Shown here: piece after piece, positions 46,980 through 56,062 of the stretch
Position numbering within the stretch: position 1 is the first letter of the stretch
Layout: each line of letters opens with the position of its first letter
Origin: a virus
DNA: 64,000 nucleotides
Reading direction: 5' to 3' (one strand)
IMG/VR virus record: IMGVR_UViG_3300027749_000055
Coordinates: 49,660-113,659 of that record
Position numbers and translations under genes: made by a program
The notes under the pieces: model-generated
What the model saw: only the letters and a program-made list of their open reading frames with translations
Told to the model about the DNA's origin: nothing
Databases searched by the model: none

Positions 46980-47323
46980 CGACCAACCCCTTCGCTGACC
47001 CGCACGGCGCAGAATGGCATATGGAGTGGGGCGGGGAAAAGTTTTTCGCCCCCTCCGCCTTCGACCTGCTTGCTCAGGTTGGTGAGCGTTCGTATGCGCC
47101 CCTCGACCATAAGTATCCGAAGCGTGGCATTGCCTATCGGGTCTTCGTGCAGTATCGAGTTCTGATTGACGACGAGTTGCCGGACGATATTTTCTTGACC
47201 CGTCTGGCAGAGTTCGGGATTATCTCCCTGACCGTCAAGGGCAAACTGCCCAACGACTTGCTGCAAGAAGCCCTGAACTTTGCCGAATCTTGGTATGCGA
47301 ATCCCGACACAAAAGAAATTTGA
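46976..47323 (+). CDS. Hypothetical protein
   Basis: 115 aa, coupled to the GATase gene. Confidence 0.6.
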   Translation: MTTNPFADPHGAEWHMEWGGEKFFAPSAFDLLAQVGERSYAPLDHKYPKRGIAYRVFVQYRVLIDDELPDDIFLTRLAEFGIISLTVKGKLPNDLLQEALNFAESWYANPDTKEI

Positions 47324-47390
47324 AACTTGACTTGACTTAGGTTACTAACCTGTGGTTGAATATATATATCAGACAACAAGGAGGAAACAA

Positions 47391-48272
47391 ATGTTTGGAA
47401 TGAATGAAATTGAAATTAACGAGCAGGCTCGCAAGAAACTTCTCGGCGCATTGACCCAGCGGGCAGCACGACTGAGCGAGGGCGTGGTTGTTACTGAGCG
47501 TCCTATGAATGTCGGTGGCTCATACGACCTCGCTCGCAACCTCGAAGGGGTGGCGGGAATCACCGACATTCAGAACCCGACGTGGCGTAGGAACGACGAG
47601 GGCGACGTTACGTTCTCGTTCGACGCAGTGGCGGTTCGTGAGGCTGTGGCTGAGCGTCGCAACTCTCTAACCGGCGGTGCTAAGCGTTCGGTCACGGTTT
47701 TTCTGAACAAGATTGACGAGGCTATTGAGGCTCGTCGTCAAGCGTTGGAGGTCGTCGCTCAGAGCGAGGCTCTCGGAATCCTGATGAACCGTGCCTACCA
47801 CCGTGGTCAGCAGGCAGGTCTTGACTCGCTGGTCTACGACTACAACTCTCTTGTCCGTGCAATCACGACTCTGAAGGTACACGAAGCAGTTACGGTTCAG
47901 ACCTACAACGGCGTTGATGTTCGTGTCGCAGATTCTCACATTGGCTCATTGTGCGTCAAACCCTACATTGACGAGGACGGGGTTCACGCAGTGTGGGAGG
48001 CTCAGGCTGAGAGCGACAGCGACTTCTCAAACTCGCTAACTCGTCTGCACCCTATGTGCCAGCGTTACGTCGAGGGATTCAACGGCTTGCTTGGTTCGTT
48101 TGATTCGGCAGAAGAGGCGATTTTTGAGATTCGCCACGCCTTCATCTCGGCGGGTCACACGGCTCTCCGTGTGGTTGAAGCGGAAATCAACGACTTACTG
48201 AACAAGATTTTTGAGCAGTTCGGTATCAGCGTTGCAGTCGAAGTTCGTCAGCCCGTTATGGCTGGCGTTTAG
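47391..48272 (+). CDS. Hypothetical protein
   Basis: AAGGAGG RBS and TTGACTTGACTT promoter element shared with 44984. Confidence 0.65.
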   Translation: MFGMNEIEINEQARKKLLGALTQRAARLSEGVVVTERPMNVGGSYDLARNLEGVAGITDIQNPTWRRNDEGDVTFSFDAVAVREAVAERRNSLTGGAKRSVTVFLNKIDEAIEARRQALEVVAQSEALGILMNRAYHRGQQAGLDSLVYDYNSLVRAITTLKVHEAVTVQTYNGVDVRVADSHIGSLCVKPYIDEDGVHAVWEAQAESDSDFSNSLTRLHPMCQRYVEGFNGLLGSFDSAEEAIFEIRHAFISAGHTALRVVEAEINDLLNKIFEQFGISVAVEVRQPVMAGV

Positions 48273-48294
48273 GAACAGGAAGGAGGAAACCAAG

Positions 48295-48612
48295 ATGAAT
48301 AAGCACACCAACAATGTCGTGGCGATTATCAGCGACGCTCTAACGAGCGTTGTCGAGGGTAACGACGCTCAGGCGGTCAAGCACTTGTCTATTGCTATCA
48401 AAGCACTGACGGGCACGAAGAACCACACAACCAGCGTGGCTAAGACAACCAACGGACGACGTGGCCCAAAGCCCGCTCTGAACGTTGAGCAAGTCGCAAC
48501 GCTGCGGAATCGTCTCGCCAGCGGTGAGCGTGTCGTGGACGTGGCTAGGGCTTTGGGCATTTCAACCCAAACGATTTATCGCCACGTGCGTCTCGCCAAG
48601 ACGAACGCCTAG
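48295..48612 (+). CDS. Protein with C-terminal resolvase-type HTH
   Basis: RRGPKPALNVEQV...VARALGISTQTIYRH. Confidence 0.75.
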   Translation: MNKHTNNVVAIISDALTSVVEGNDAQAVKHLSIAIKALTGTKNHTTSVAKTTNGRRGPKPALNVEQVATLRNRLASGERVVDVARALGISTQTIYRHVRLAKTNA

Positions 48613-48698
48613 GAGGGCTTTAGGGGTGGCTGCGATACTTGATTGTGTCTCAGCCACCCGCTAAAGTATCAACTACGGTTGAACATAAGGAGGAAACC

Positions 48699-48995
48699 GT
48701 GAACAAGAAATTTGTAGTGACTTTAGAAATTGAGTTTGACCCCACCGAGCGTGACGGCACAGACAGGATTATCGGCAACCCGTGGTCTTGGAACTTCTCG
48801 CACCTTCTAAGTGCGGGTAGTGTCCACGTCCTCGCCAGCGTTGAGAGCGCATACGAGGCTTGCTGCGAATCAGCAATCGAGTGGTTCAACACTCCCTACG
48901 ACCAGCGTTACATCAAGATTTTTGATTCTTGTCATCACGACGAGACGTGCCACAACTACATTCCAATCGAGGAAGACGAAGATGGCAAGCAATAG
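48699..48995 (+). CDS. Hypothetical protein
   Basis: AAGGAGG RBS, GTG start. Confidence 0.6.
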   Translation: MNKKFVVTLEIEFDPTERDGTDRIIGNPWSWNFSHLLSAGSVHVLASVESAYEACCESAIEWFNTPYDQRYIKIFDSCHHDETCHNYIPIEEDEDGKQ

Positions 48996-49912
48996 CGAAG
49001 CCCGTAAGCGTCGGGAAGAAGCGGCTAGGTCGCAGTGCGACCACCCAGAAGTCGGACTTATTGCAAATGACGAAGGCGAGTTGAACGTGATTGAGTTCAC
49101 CTTCTGCCCCCTGTGTGGAGTGGAACTATGAGTCAAACATTTGGTTTTTGGACATTATGGGCATTTATCCTTGTTGCTACCGTTTTGCTTGTTAGGTGGG
49201 GTGAGCGATGAACGCCGAAGAACTAAAGTTGAACAACCTAGAAACCGAAGTTGAGTGCGATGTAGACCACGACACCGTTCAGGGTAGCCATTTGGAAAAA
49301 GATGGGTGGACTGATGTGGACACCAACTACTGCCCTAAGTGTGGAGAGGAACTATGACCCCCGACGAACGCCAAGCCCTACGAGAGAAGCACCGTGTCGG
49401 TCAGAACGAAGCCGACGACCAGTGCCAAGCGTGTTTCACTATCCCCTACCCCTGCGATGTAATCAAGGTACTGGACTGGGCAGAGCAAGCCTACAACGAT
49501 GGCTGGAAAGCCTGCGACTTCCAATGGAGAGAACTATGAACCCCGAAGAACTAAAGTTCAGCGACCTCAAAACTGAAGTTGAACACTCAGAAATCCGTGC
49601 AAGTGACACTTCTGACGTAATGCCTACAAATGAGTGCAGGCACGTTCAGTCTCGTATGCTGAAAGTGTTTCGTGGATACCAATTTATTCCCAATAAGTTC
49701 TGCCCTGAGTGTGGAGAGGAACTGTGAAGAGCCCAAGCGGTCTTTGGTCGGTAACGTCGGACGGTAAGCACGTCCACATTTACTTCGCCAAGCGTCTGCC
49801 CCGCAAGACAAAAAAGTGGGCAAGCCTCATTTTCGAGGGTGCTGGAGATAAGGCAACACAGTTTGCAGTCCTTAGCGAGCGTCTGAGCAACCAATTAAAG
49901 GCGCAAGCGTAA
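48982..49912 (+). other. Array of coupled mini-genes (48982-49131, 49128-49211, 49208-49357, 49354-49539, 49536-49727, 49724-49912); three end in CPxCGxEL
   Basis: ATGA/GTGA overlaps; repeated junction GGAGA(G)GAACT(A/G)TGA. Confidence 0.65.
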
Positions 49913-49951
49913 AAACGAGCGGAGGCACGGCAAACAGAGTAAAGTTTGGAA

Positions 49952-50683
49952 ATGCCCACGACCTACCTGCTTACCAACGGAAACCGTGAACTTGCCAAAG
50001 ACGGGATTTTCACTTGGACGCTTCCGGCTCTCAATGCCCGCCTGAGTAACGGCAAGAACTTTTTGACTTGCCCCAAAGCGGGTATCTGCGCCAACCTCTG
50101 CTACGCCCGTTCGGGCACTTACAATTTCTCGAATGTCAAGCGGGCGCACCTCGCCAAATTGGAAATGGTGCTGGACGACCTTGCTGGCTGGGAAGCCCGA
50201 ATGACCGAGGAACTGAAGGCAAAGCGGTATCGGGGCGGTAAATATGTGCGTATCCACGACGCAGGGGATTTTTTTTCCGTTCCTTACTTTGAGGCGTGGG
50301 TAAGGATTTCACTAGCAACCCCAGATGTAACTTTCTACGCTTACACCAAAGAAGTTTCCCTAGTGAAATCTTTTGACCTGCCCTCAAATATGGTTATTGT
50401 TTTCTCAATGGGTGGCAAAGAGGACAGCCTGATTGACGTTGAGGTAGACCGCCACGCCGACGTTTTTCCGACGTTGGAGGCTCTCGAAGACGCTGGTTAC
50501 ACCGACCAAGGCGACAGCGACCTTTTGGCAATCAAAATGTCAAACAACAAGGTGGGGATTGTCGTGAACAACATTCCGCACTTGAAAAAGAAGCAGGGCG
50601 TGGCAACATTTTCTTCTCTACAACGTGAGCGTGACGAGCGAGTTAGTGAAATCCGTTCGGCGGGCGAAAATTTCCAAAACTAG
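49952..50683 (+). CDS. Phage GP88-family protein
   Basis: WTLPA...TCPKAGICANLCYA...VRIHDAGDFFS...YAYTK. Confidence 0.75.
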   Translation: MPTTYLLTNGNRELAKDGIFTWTLPALNARLSNGKNFLTCPKAGICANLCYARSGTYNFSNVKRAHLAKLEMVLDDLAGWEARMTEELKAKRYRGGKYVRIHDAGDFFSVPYFEAWVRISLATPDVTFYAYTKEVSLVKSFDLPSNMVIVFSMGGKEDSLIDVEVDRHADVFPTLEALEDAGYTDQGDSDLLAIKMSNNKVGIVVNNIPHLKKKQGVATFSSLQRERDERVSEIRSAGENFQN

Positions 50684-50701
50684 GGTATAGTTGAGGCTGA
50701 A

Positions 50702-50797
50702 ATGAAGCATTTTCTCTATGTCCTCAAACTCAGCGGATTGGGTGCTGTGGCTGGATTCTTTGTTGCCACGTTGGTCGCCTTCTTCCGTCGGAAGTAA
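50702..50797 (+). CDS. Small membrane peptide
   Basis: 31 aa hydrophobic, coupled to the terminase gene. Confidence 0.5.
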   Translation: MKHFLYVLKLSGLGAVAGFFVATLVAFFRRK

Positions 50798-51780
50798 TGA
50801 ACCCCACCGTCAAAAAACTACTTGAATTGCCTCTTGACGAGCGCAAAATCCTTCTGAACTCCCTAAAGCCTGAGGAATTAGCGATTGTCTACAAAGAAAT
50901 TGAGGCTATTGAGAAAGCCCCTATGCGCCATTGGTATTGCACCCGTGACGTATGCAACGGCAAGCCCCACGCCGGATTTCATTGGTGCGACCACCCTATA
51001 GATAGTAAAAACCACACGCCGTTCTGCAAACACTCTCGAACTCCCCAACGTCCGCCAGCCGTGAACACACAAGACCCGTGGCTTGTGTGGTTTTTTTCCG
51101 GTGGTCGTGGAACCGGCAAGACCCGTGCGGGCGCAGAGTGGATTTTGGACTTGGTTTGGAATCAGGGTTATCGCCGTATCGCCCTCGTAGGTCGAACTCC
51201 TGCCGACGTTCGTGACGTTATGATTTTCGGAGACTCAGGGATTATGAACTGCTCTGACCCGCACCCGAAGCCCCATCACGAACCTTCAAAGCGACGGCTT
51301 ATTTGGGAGAACGGGGCGCAAGCCTTCACCTACTCGGCTGCAGCCCCAAGTCAGTTACGAGGCCCACAGCACGACGCAGCGTGGGCAGACGAGTTAGCCG
51401 CTTGGGACGACGCAAACAAGGGTGACACTTTAGATACGTCTTGGAACAACCTTATGCTTGGTTTACGTCTTGGCACGAATCCAAAGTGTCTCGTCACCAC
51501 CACCCCAAAGCGGGTCAAGTTGGTTCGGCAACTAATGGATAGGCGCACCACGGTAATCACCAACGGCACGACCTACGACAACCTCGACAACCTCGCACCG
51601 TCTTTCCGTGAACAGGTTTTGACCTCGTATGAAGGCACTCGAATCGGGCAACAGGAACTTGACGGTGTTCTTTTGACGGACGTGGAAGGTGCGCTCTGGT
51701 CGCTCGAAATGATTGACCGCCTCCGTGGGATTTTCTTTTCGGGCAATCGAGACACGGCTGGCGAATTGGAATCGGCGTAA
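50797..51780 (+). CDS. terL: Terminase large subunit, ATPase half
   Basis: GGRGTGKTRAGAEW, LRGPQHDAAWADELAAW, VTTTP, TYDN..NL. Confidence 0.9.
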   Translation: MNPTVKKLLELPLDERKILLNSLKPEELAIVYKEIEAIEKAPMRHWYCTRDVCNGKPHAGFHWCDHPIDSKNHTPFCKHSRTPQRPPAVNTQDPWLVWFFSGGRGTGKTRAGAEWILDLVWNQGYRRIALVGRTPADVRDVMIFGDSGIMNCSDPHPKPHHEPSKRRLIWENGAQAFTYSAAAPSQLRGPQHDAAWADELAAWDDANKGDTLDTSWNNLMLGLRLGTNPKCLVTTTPKRVKLVRQLMDRRTTVITNGTTYDNLDNLAPSFREQVLTSYEGTRIGQQELDGVLLTDVEGALWSLEMIDRLRGIFFSGNRDTAGELESA

Positions 51781-52412
51781 TGATTCAGGTAGACCCGCAG
51801 GATTTTCTTTCGATAGTCGTCGGCGTAGACCCAGCCCTGACGAGCAATGAAGACAGCGACGAGACGGGCATTATCGTCGCTGCTTCCGGCCCGCACCAGC
51901 CCTCGACGTGCAACATTGACCACTGCACCGTCCACGCCTACGTCCTACAAGACGCTACGTTGCCCCGTCACGTCAAGTCCACGCCCGAACGATGGGGTCG
52001 TAGGGTTGTGGAAGTTTTTGACGAATGGAACGCTGGGCGTGTCGTGGTCGAACACAACGCCGGACGTGACCTTCTGAAGTCCGTGCTTTTGACTATCCGC
52101 CCGACGTTGCCCGTCGAACTGCCTAATGCCTCGCTGAGCAAGGTCGCCCGTGCTGAACCAATCGTGTCGCTTTACGAACAAGGTCGAGTTCACCACGTAG
52201 GCAAGCCCGAAGACTTTGCGATTTTGGAAGACCAGATGACGACGTGGGTTCCAAACGCCAGCCGTCGAAACTCCCCTGACCGCCTCGACGCTTTGGTCTG
52301 GGCAGTATCAGCACTCGATATCAACGCCATTTCGTCCGGCAGACGACGCTGGCAAGATATGGGTGAGATTACGCCCGTAAACTTTCCGCAAGGGAACGGC
52401 TGGGCGGTCTAG
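51780..52412 (+). CDS. terL: Terminase large subunit, RNase H-like nuclease half
   Basis: IVVGVDPA...SDETGI, VVVEHNAG, KVARAEP...YEQG, SPDRLDALVWA. Confidence 0.9.
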   Translation: MIQVDPQDFLSIVVGVDPALTSNEDSDETGIIVAASGPHQPSTCNIDHCTVHAYVLQDATLPRHVKSTPERWGRRVVEVFDEWNAGRVVVEHNAGRDLLKSVLLTIRPTLPVELPNASLSKVARAEPIVSLYEQGRVHHVGKPEDFAILEDQMTTWVPNASRRNSPDRLDALVWAVSALDINAISSGRRRWQDMGEITPVNFPQGNGWAV

Positions 52413-52420
52413 GATTTTCT

Positions 52421-52981
52421 TTAGCGGAACCAGCGTCGCCACACAGGGGCAAACTTGCGCTCGGCAAAGAACTTGGCTTCGCTAATCGAGTAGCGAATGT
52501 CGTCAATGGCTCGGTGAGCCACGACACGATTTTCTTTGCGTCGCTTGGCGTAGCCCTTGGCGTCAGCCCGCTTGTAGAGTTCGGTCATAGAGGACACGTC
52601 TACATTGCGATAGGACAGAAGCCCGATTACGTCGGGCATATGAACCTGCAAGAAGTTCCTGTCGAACTGAACCGACGAACCGCCGAGCGGGATTTTCTTT
52701 AGGTCGCTCGAAGGCGCAAGAACTCTGAGCCACGCCACAATTTCTGCGGACACGTCAGCCAACGGTTTGCCTTTACCGGCACGAAGGCTGTCGAGCAAGC
52801 CCGACTTAGTGTGCATTTCGACAATGAAGTCGTCAAGGTCGTCAAGGTCTGCGCCACTGATGAGCGTCTCGTAGGTCGCAATCTCGTTGAGGTTGTCGTC
52901 GGTAGCGACCACGGCAATCTCCAACAGATTTTCTTTGGCGGGGTCAAGCCCCGTCGTCTCGGTGTCTATCCAAACAATCAT
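52421..52981 (-). CDS. orn: Oligoribonuclease
   Basis: VWIDTETTGLD, MHTKSGL, SVQFDRNFL...YRNVDVSS, HRAIDDI. Confidence 0.9.
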   Translation of the reverse strand: MIVWIDTETTGLDPAKENLLEIAVVATDDNLNEIATYETLISGADLDDLDDFIVEMHTKSGLLDSLRAGKGKPLADVSAEIVAWLRVLAPSSDLKKIPLGGSSVQFDRNFLQVHMPDVIGLLSYRNVDVSSMTELYKRADAKGYAKRRKENRVVAHRAIDDIRYSISEAKFFAERKFAPVWRRWFR

Positions 52982-52991
52982 CAAGCCCTCC

Positions 52992-53366
52992 TTATGACTC
53001 AACCACAGTGTAGTCGGTGGGTGTGACAGGAGCAACTACCGGCTCAGGATTTTCTTTTGCGATGTAGCGGACGTATATCGTGAACGTGTTGTTGTTGTCT
53101 CGAACCAACCGTGTCTGGTATGGCGAATCCTGCTTTGAGAACTTCTCGCCCTGTCGCAAATTCAGCAAGAGCCACAGAGCCTTGCGCTCATACGAGCGGT
53201 TCTTTGCCCCTTCTTGCCACACGAACCACGTCTCAGGATTTTCTTTGAGTTGTTGGCGACGGAGTTCAACCATAGTTCGGTTCTCAGCCCGTGGGCTGTA
53301 AGCCTTTGCGGGCGGGTCACGCCTCACCATTAGCAAGCGTTGGTCGGTTGTCCGTAGGTCAAGCAT
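52992..53366 (-). CDS. Hypothetical protein
   Basis: 124 aa. Confidence 0.5.
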   Translation of the reverse strand: MLDLRTTDQRLLMVRRDPPAKAYSPRAENRTMVELRRQQLKENPETWFVWQEGAKNRSYERKALWLLLNLRQGEKFSKQDSPYQTRLVRDNNNTFTIYVRYIAKENPEPVVAPVTPTDYTVVES

Positions 53367-53683
53367 TAGTTTGCCTCAACGTAGTCAATGTCCCGAACAG
53401 CGTCAAGGATTTTCTTTTCGGCTTCGTTCATCTCGGCGCAGAAGCGTGAGTAGCGACCGTCGAAGTCCTCGTCGTCCTCGAACAAGGTCAAGTTCACGCC
53501 AACCGCTTGTTCAAGTTCACGCAGATTTTCTTCGCTGTAGAAGTCAGCCTTCCAATCGCCAAAACCCCACAGCGTAATCGCAGTCAAAGCCAACGTGCTG
53601 TAGCGAACGGGCTTGCGCCCAATCGAGCCGTCCATTTTCCTGAACGTAGATTCGAACACATCAGTCGTGTGTAGTGCAGTCAT
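53366..53683 (-). CDS. Hypothetical protein
   Basis: AAGGAGG RBS. Confidence 0.6.
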   Translation of the reverse strand: MTALHTTDVFESTFRKMDGSIGRKPVRYSTLALTAITLWGFGDWKADFYSEENLRELEQAVGVNLTLFEDDEDFDGRYSRFCAEMNEAEKKILDAVRDIDYVEAN

Positions 53684-53806
53684 TAGTTCCTCCTTTTAGA
53701 ACTACCATCAGTGTAGTGCGGTTGAGTCACAAATGCAAATCTCAATTCAAGATTTTCTTTTGCGCTCGTTGCCACGTCGAAAGTATGGCAAACGGGTGTG
53801 ACACTG

Positions 53807-53995
53807 CTACTCATCAAGCGTGTGACGACCTCGACAAGCCTTACGGCTATTGGCTTTTTTCTTGTCGGGCAGGCGAACCGCCACGCCACCACGCCACTCG
53901 GTCAGCGAGCCACCGTTGGCAAAGTGCCTCTTACGTCGCATACCTCTTAGGTCTGCAAGTTGGTCGCTCAGGGTCGGTTTCTTGGTCTTGGTCAT
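53807..53995 (-). CDS. Small basic hypothetical protein
   Basis: 62 aa, ends DKKKANSRKACRG. Confidence 0.55.
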   Translation of the reverse strand: MTKTKKPTLSDQLADLRGMRRKRHFANGGSLTEWRGGVAVRLPDKKKANSRKACRGRHTLDE

Positions 53996-54084
53996 TGAGA
54001 CAGTATGCCAGACCTATCTGATACTTGACAAACATTTTCTTTTGATACTTGACGAGGGTTGTGTCGAGCAACTAGCCTTGTCGT

Positions 54085-54429
54085 ATGGACATACCCTTTG
54101 AACCTTGTTGCAAAGATTTTCTTTCGTGGCTATGCGCCGACCCAGTTGAGCGCAGTTTGAGTGCGTGGCACTCGCAGGACTGCCCGACGTTGGCGGGTAG
54201 CACGATACCGACCACACGTTTTCGGGTGCTAGGCAAAGACAGCGACTACGAATTCCGCATTGAGCAAGTCGGCGGTGTCGTGACGGTTTATCTGTGCGAT
54301 TACGGCTTTTACAACGTGCTGGTCTTGGGTCGTTTTGACGAGGCAACGCCAGCGTTCTTGTTTGCAATGGACTACTGCGCCCTAATGCGCCGGACGGGAT
54401 TTTCTTTGACCGAATTGAGCGCAGTCTGA
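54085..54429 (+). CDS. Hypothetical protein
   Basis: 114 aa, TTGAC promoter elements upstream. Confidence 0.5.
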   Translation: MDIPFEPCCKDFLSWLCADPVERSLSAWHSQDCPTLAGSTIPTTRFRVLGKDSDYEFRIEQVGGVVTVYLCDYGFYNVLVLGRFDEATPAFLFAMDYCALMRRTGFSLTELSAV

Positions 54430-54686
54430 TGAGCCAACTAAGTGTCGAACTCAACCGTTTGCCACAAATGGAGTTGCAGGTTTATCTCGCCTGTCTAAAC
54501 CGCCCGCTTACGGTTCGTGAGATTGCCGAACCGTTGGATTACGACAGGCTCACAACGCTTGGGTTTTTGACGACCCTTCGAGAGCGTGGTCTACTTATCG
54601 TCGTGGGCGCAAGTGGCGAGCCAAGATTTTCTTCGGTGGCGGACGACGACTGCCGTGCGCTGGTGGCGCAGAAGGTCTGGCGTTAG
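54429..54686 (+). CDS. Winged-HTH protein (TrmB-like)
   Basis: ELQVYLACL..PLTVREIAE...LTTLRERGLL. Confidence 0.65.
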   Translation: MSQLSVELNRLPQMELQVYLACLNRPLTVREIAEPLDYDRLTTLGFLTTLRERGLLIVVGASGEPRFSSVADDDCRALVAQKVWR

Positions 54687-55003
54687 TTGTAGTCCGCTGG
54701 CGCAATCATCACCACGTTAGTCGTGACCAAAGCAAAGAACTCAGCCCATACGCCGACAACATTTTCTTTTGTGGCGTGGAAGTCCAGCGCACCGACGAAA
54801 CTGTGCCAATCGCTCGCCGTCTCGAACCGCAGGTCGGCAGACGACGTGCCAATCGCCACGGGATTTTCTTCGTCAATGACCCAACGGCGCAACTGCGTCT
54901 CGTAGCGTTCGAGTGACGACACGGGCGCACCCTCAACCGCCGACAACATTTTCTTTGCCGTTGCCAACGGCACGGTTTCGAGGTTGATAGACCTAATCGT
55001 CAC
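54683..55003 (-). CDS. Hypothetical protein
   Basis: Start set to GTG at 55003. Confidence 0.45.
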   Translation of the reverse strand: MTIRSINLETVPLATAKKMLSAVEGAPVSSLERYETQLRRWVIDEENPVAIGTSSADLRFETASDWHSFVGALDFHATKENVVGVWAEFFALVTTNVVMIAPADYN

Positions 55004-55475
55004 TGTCCGTAGCCTGTAGGTATTGGTCGAGATTTTCCATAGTGTCGTGGCAGAACTCACGGAGTCGAGGCAACGCATAGTCCGCTTCGGTGTAGTGCTG
55101 ACGCTCAGGGTCAAATGCCCACGTCTCATTTTTTGACGCTTCGTAGGTGAGCAAGACGGACTTTGCCAACGCTTTGACCGCACCCTCGACAACCGCAACC
55201 GGACAACACAGGTGCAGGACGATTCGCTCATCAAACGGATTATCTTTTGTCTCCAAGTGCCAGACGTAGAAGCCCATTTCCTCAATGATTGGCTCGTCAA
55301 TCGTCGCTACGACCAGCACGGCATTTTCTTTGCCTAGTTCGTCAGCCGTGAACGGCACTTTGAGCCAGACCTCGTAGGGCGTGGTAAACAGCGTGGCATT
55401 GCGCCCTATCAACCGAACCCGCTTACGCTTTGGCTTAGTGGTGACGTAGGGCAGGTCTGGCGATTGGTCGGTCAT
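54993..55475 (-). CDS. Hypothetical protein
   Basis: 160 aa. Confidence 0.55.
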   Translation of the reverse strand: MTDQSPDLPYVTTKPKRKRVRLIGRNATLFTTPYEVWLKVPFTADELGKENAVLVVATIDEPIIEEMGFYVWHLETKDNPFDERIVLHLCCPVAVVEGAVKALAKSVLLTYEASKNETWAFDPERQHYTEADYALPRLREFCHDTMENLDQYLQATDSDD

Positions 55476-55479
55476 AGGT

Positions 55480-56060
55480 TCAGCACCTTAGCCGTTCAGC
55501 ACAACCCCCGTCAAGGCAATGGCGGGTAGCCGCCAAAGTTTGCAGCCTCCAAACCCTGGGAGGCCTCCCCCCTTGGTCTGGGCAGCCGAAAGGCCCTGAC
55601 CTCTGGCACTTGGAACTTTGTTTGAAGCCGTCAGAACGCCACACAGCGTGTCTGAAAATGCCAATGTTGCTCGATTGCGCTCGAATCCGTGCGCCAGCGA
55701 CGAGCCAGCCGCTTGACGCTCGACGGCTTGACGGCTCGACGGCGTGAGACGAAACGACGTGGTTTGTCTCACGGTTTGGAAAATGCTGGCAGCAGCGGTG
55801 CAGCCAAGTCACCGTGCAACTTGCAACAACGACACAGACCGTGCAACTTGCAACGTGCCCGCAGACGTGGCTAATTCGACGTTGAGCGGACGCTGGGGGT
55901 TTGTGCGAGCCAGCGGACACAACGCCACGGCAACGCCACAGACAGCCACACAGGGCGGCAATCGTCTATGCCTGAATCCTGCCTTGCAGGGTCGAGCCGT
56001 ATGGTCGGTTTGGTGATTTCACCAAAGACCCCTAGAGGCAGTTTGGTGATTTCACCAGAG
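55480..56060. repeat. Apparently non-coding region with direct, tandem and inverted repeats
   Basis: accgtgcaacttgcaac x2 (55811, 55838); gct(t/c)gac(g) x4 (55711-55743); gtttggtgatttcacca x2 (56008, 56041). Confidence 0.65.
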
Positions 56061-56062
56061 GC

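Larger units (their letters stand above)
51730..55330 (+). repeat. Dispersed polar repeat ATTTTCTT (19 copies)
   Basis: Copies read directly, all on the + strand, in genes of both orientations and between genes. Confidence 0.8.

Noticed and set aside
51717-51810. Intron or intein interrupting terL
   Set aside because: The two halves abut with no room for an intron, and there are no intein terminal motifs
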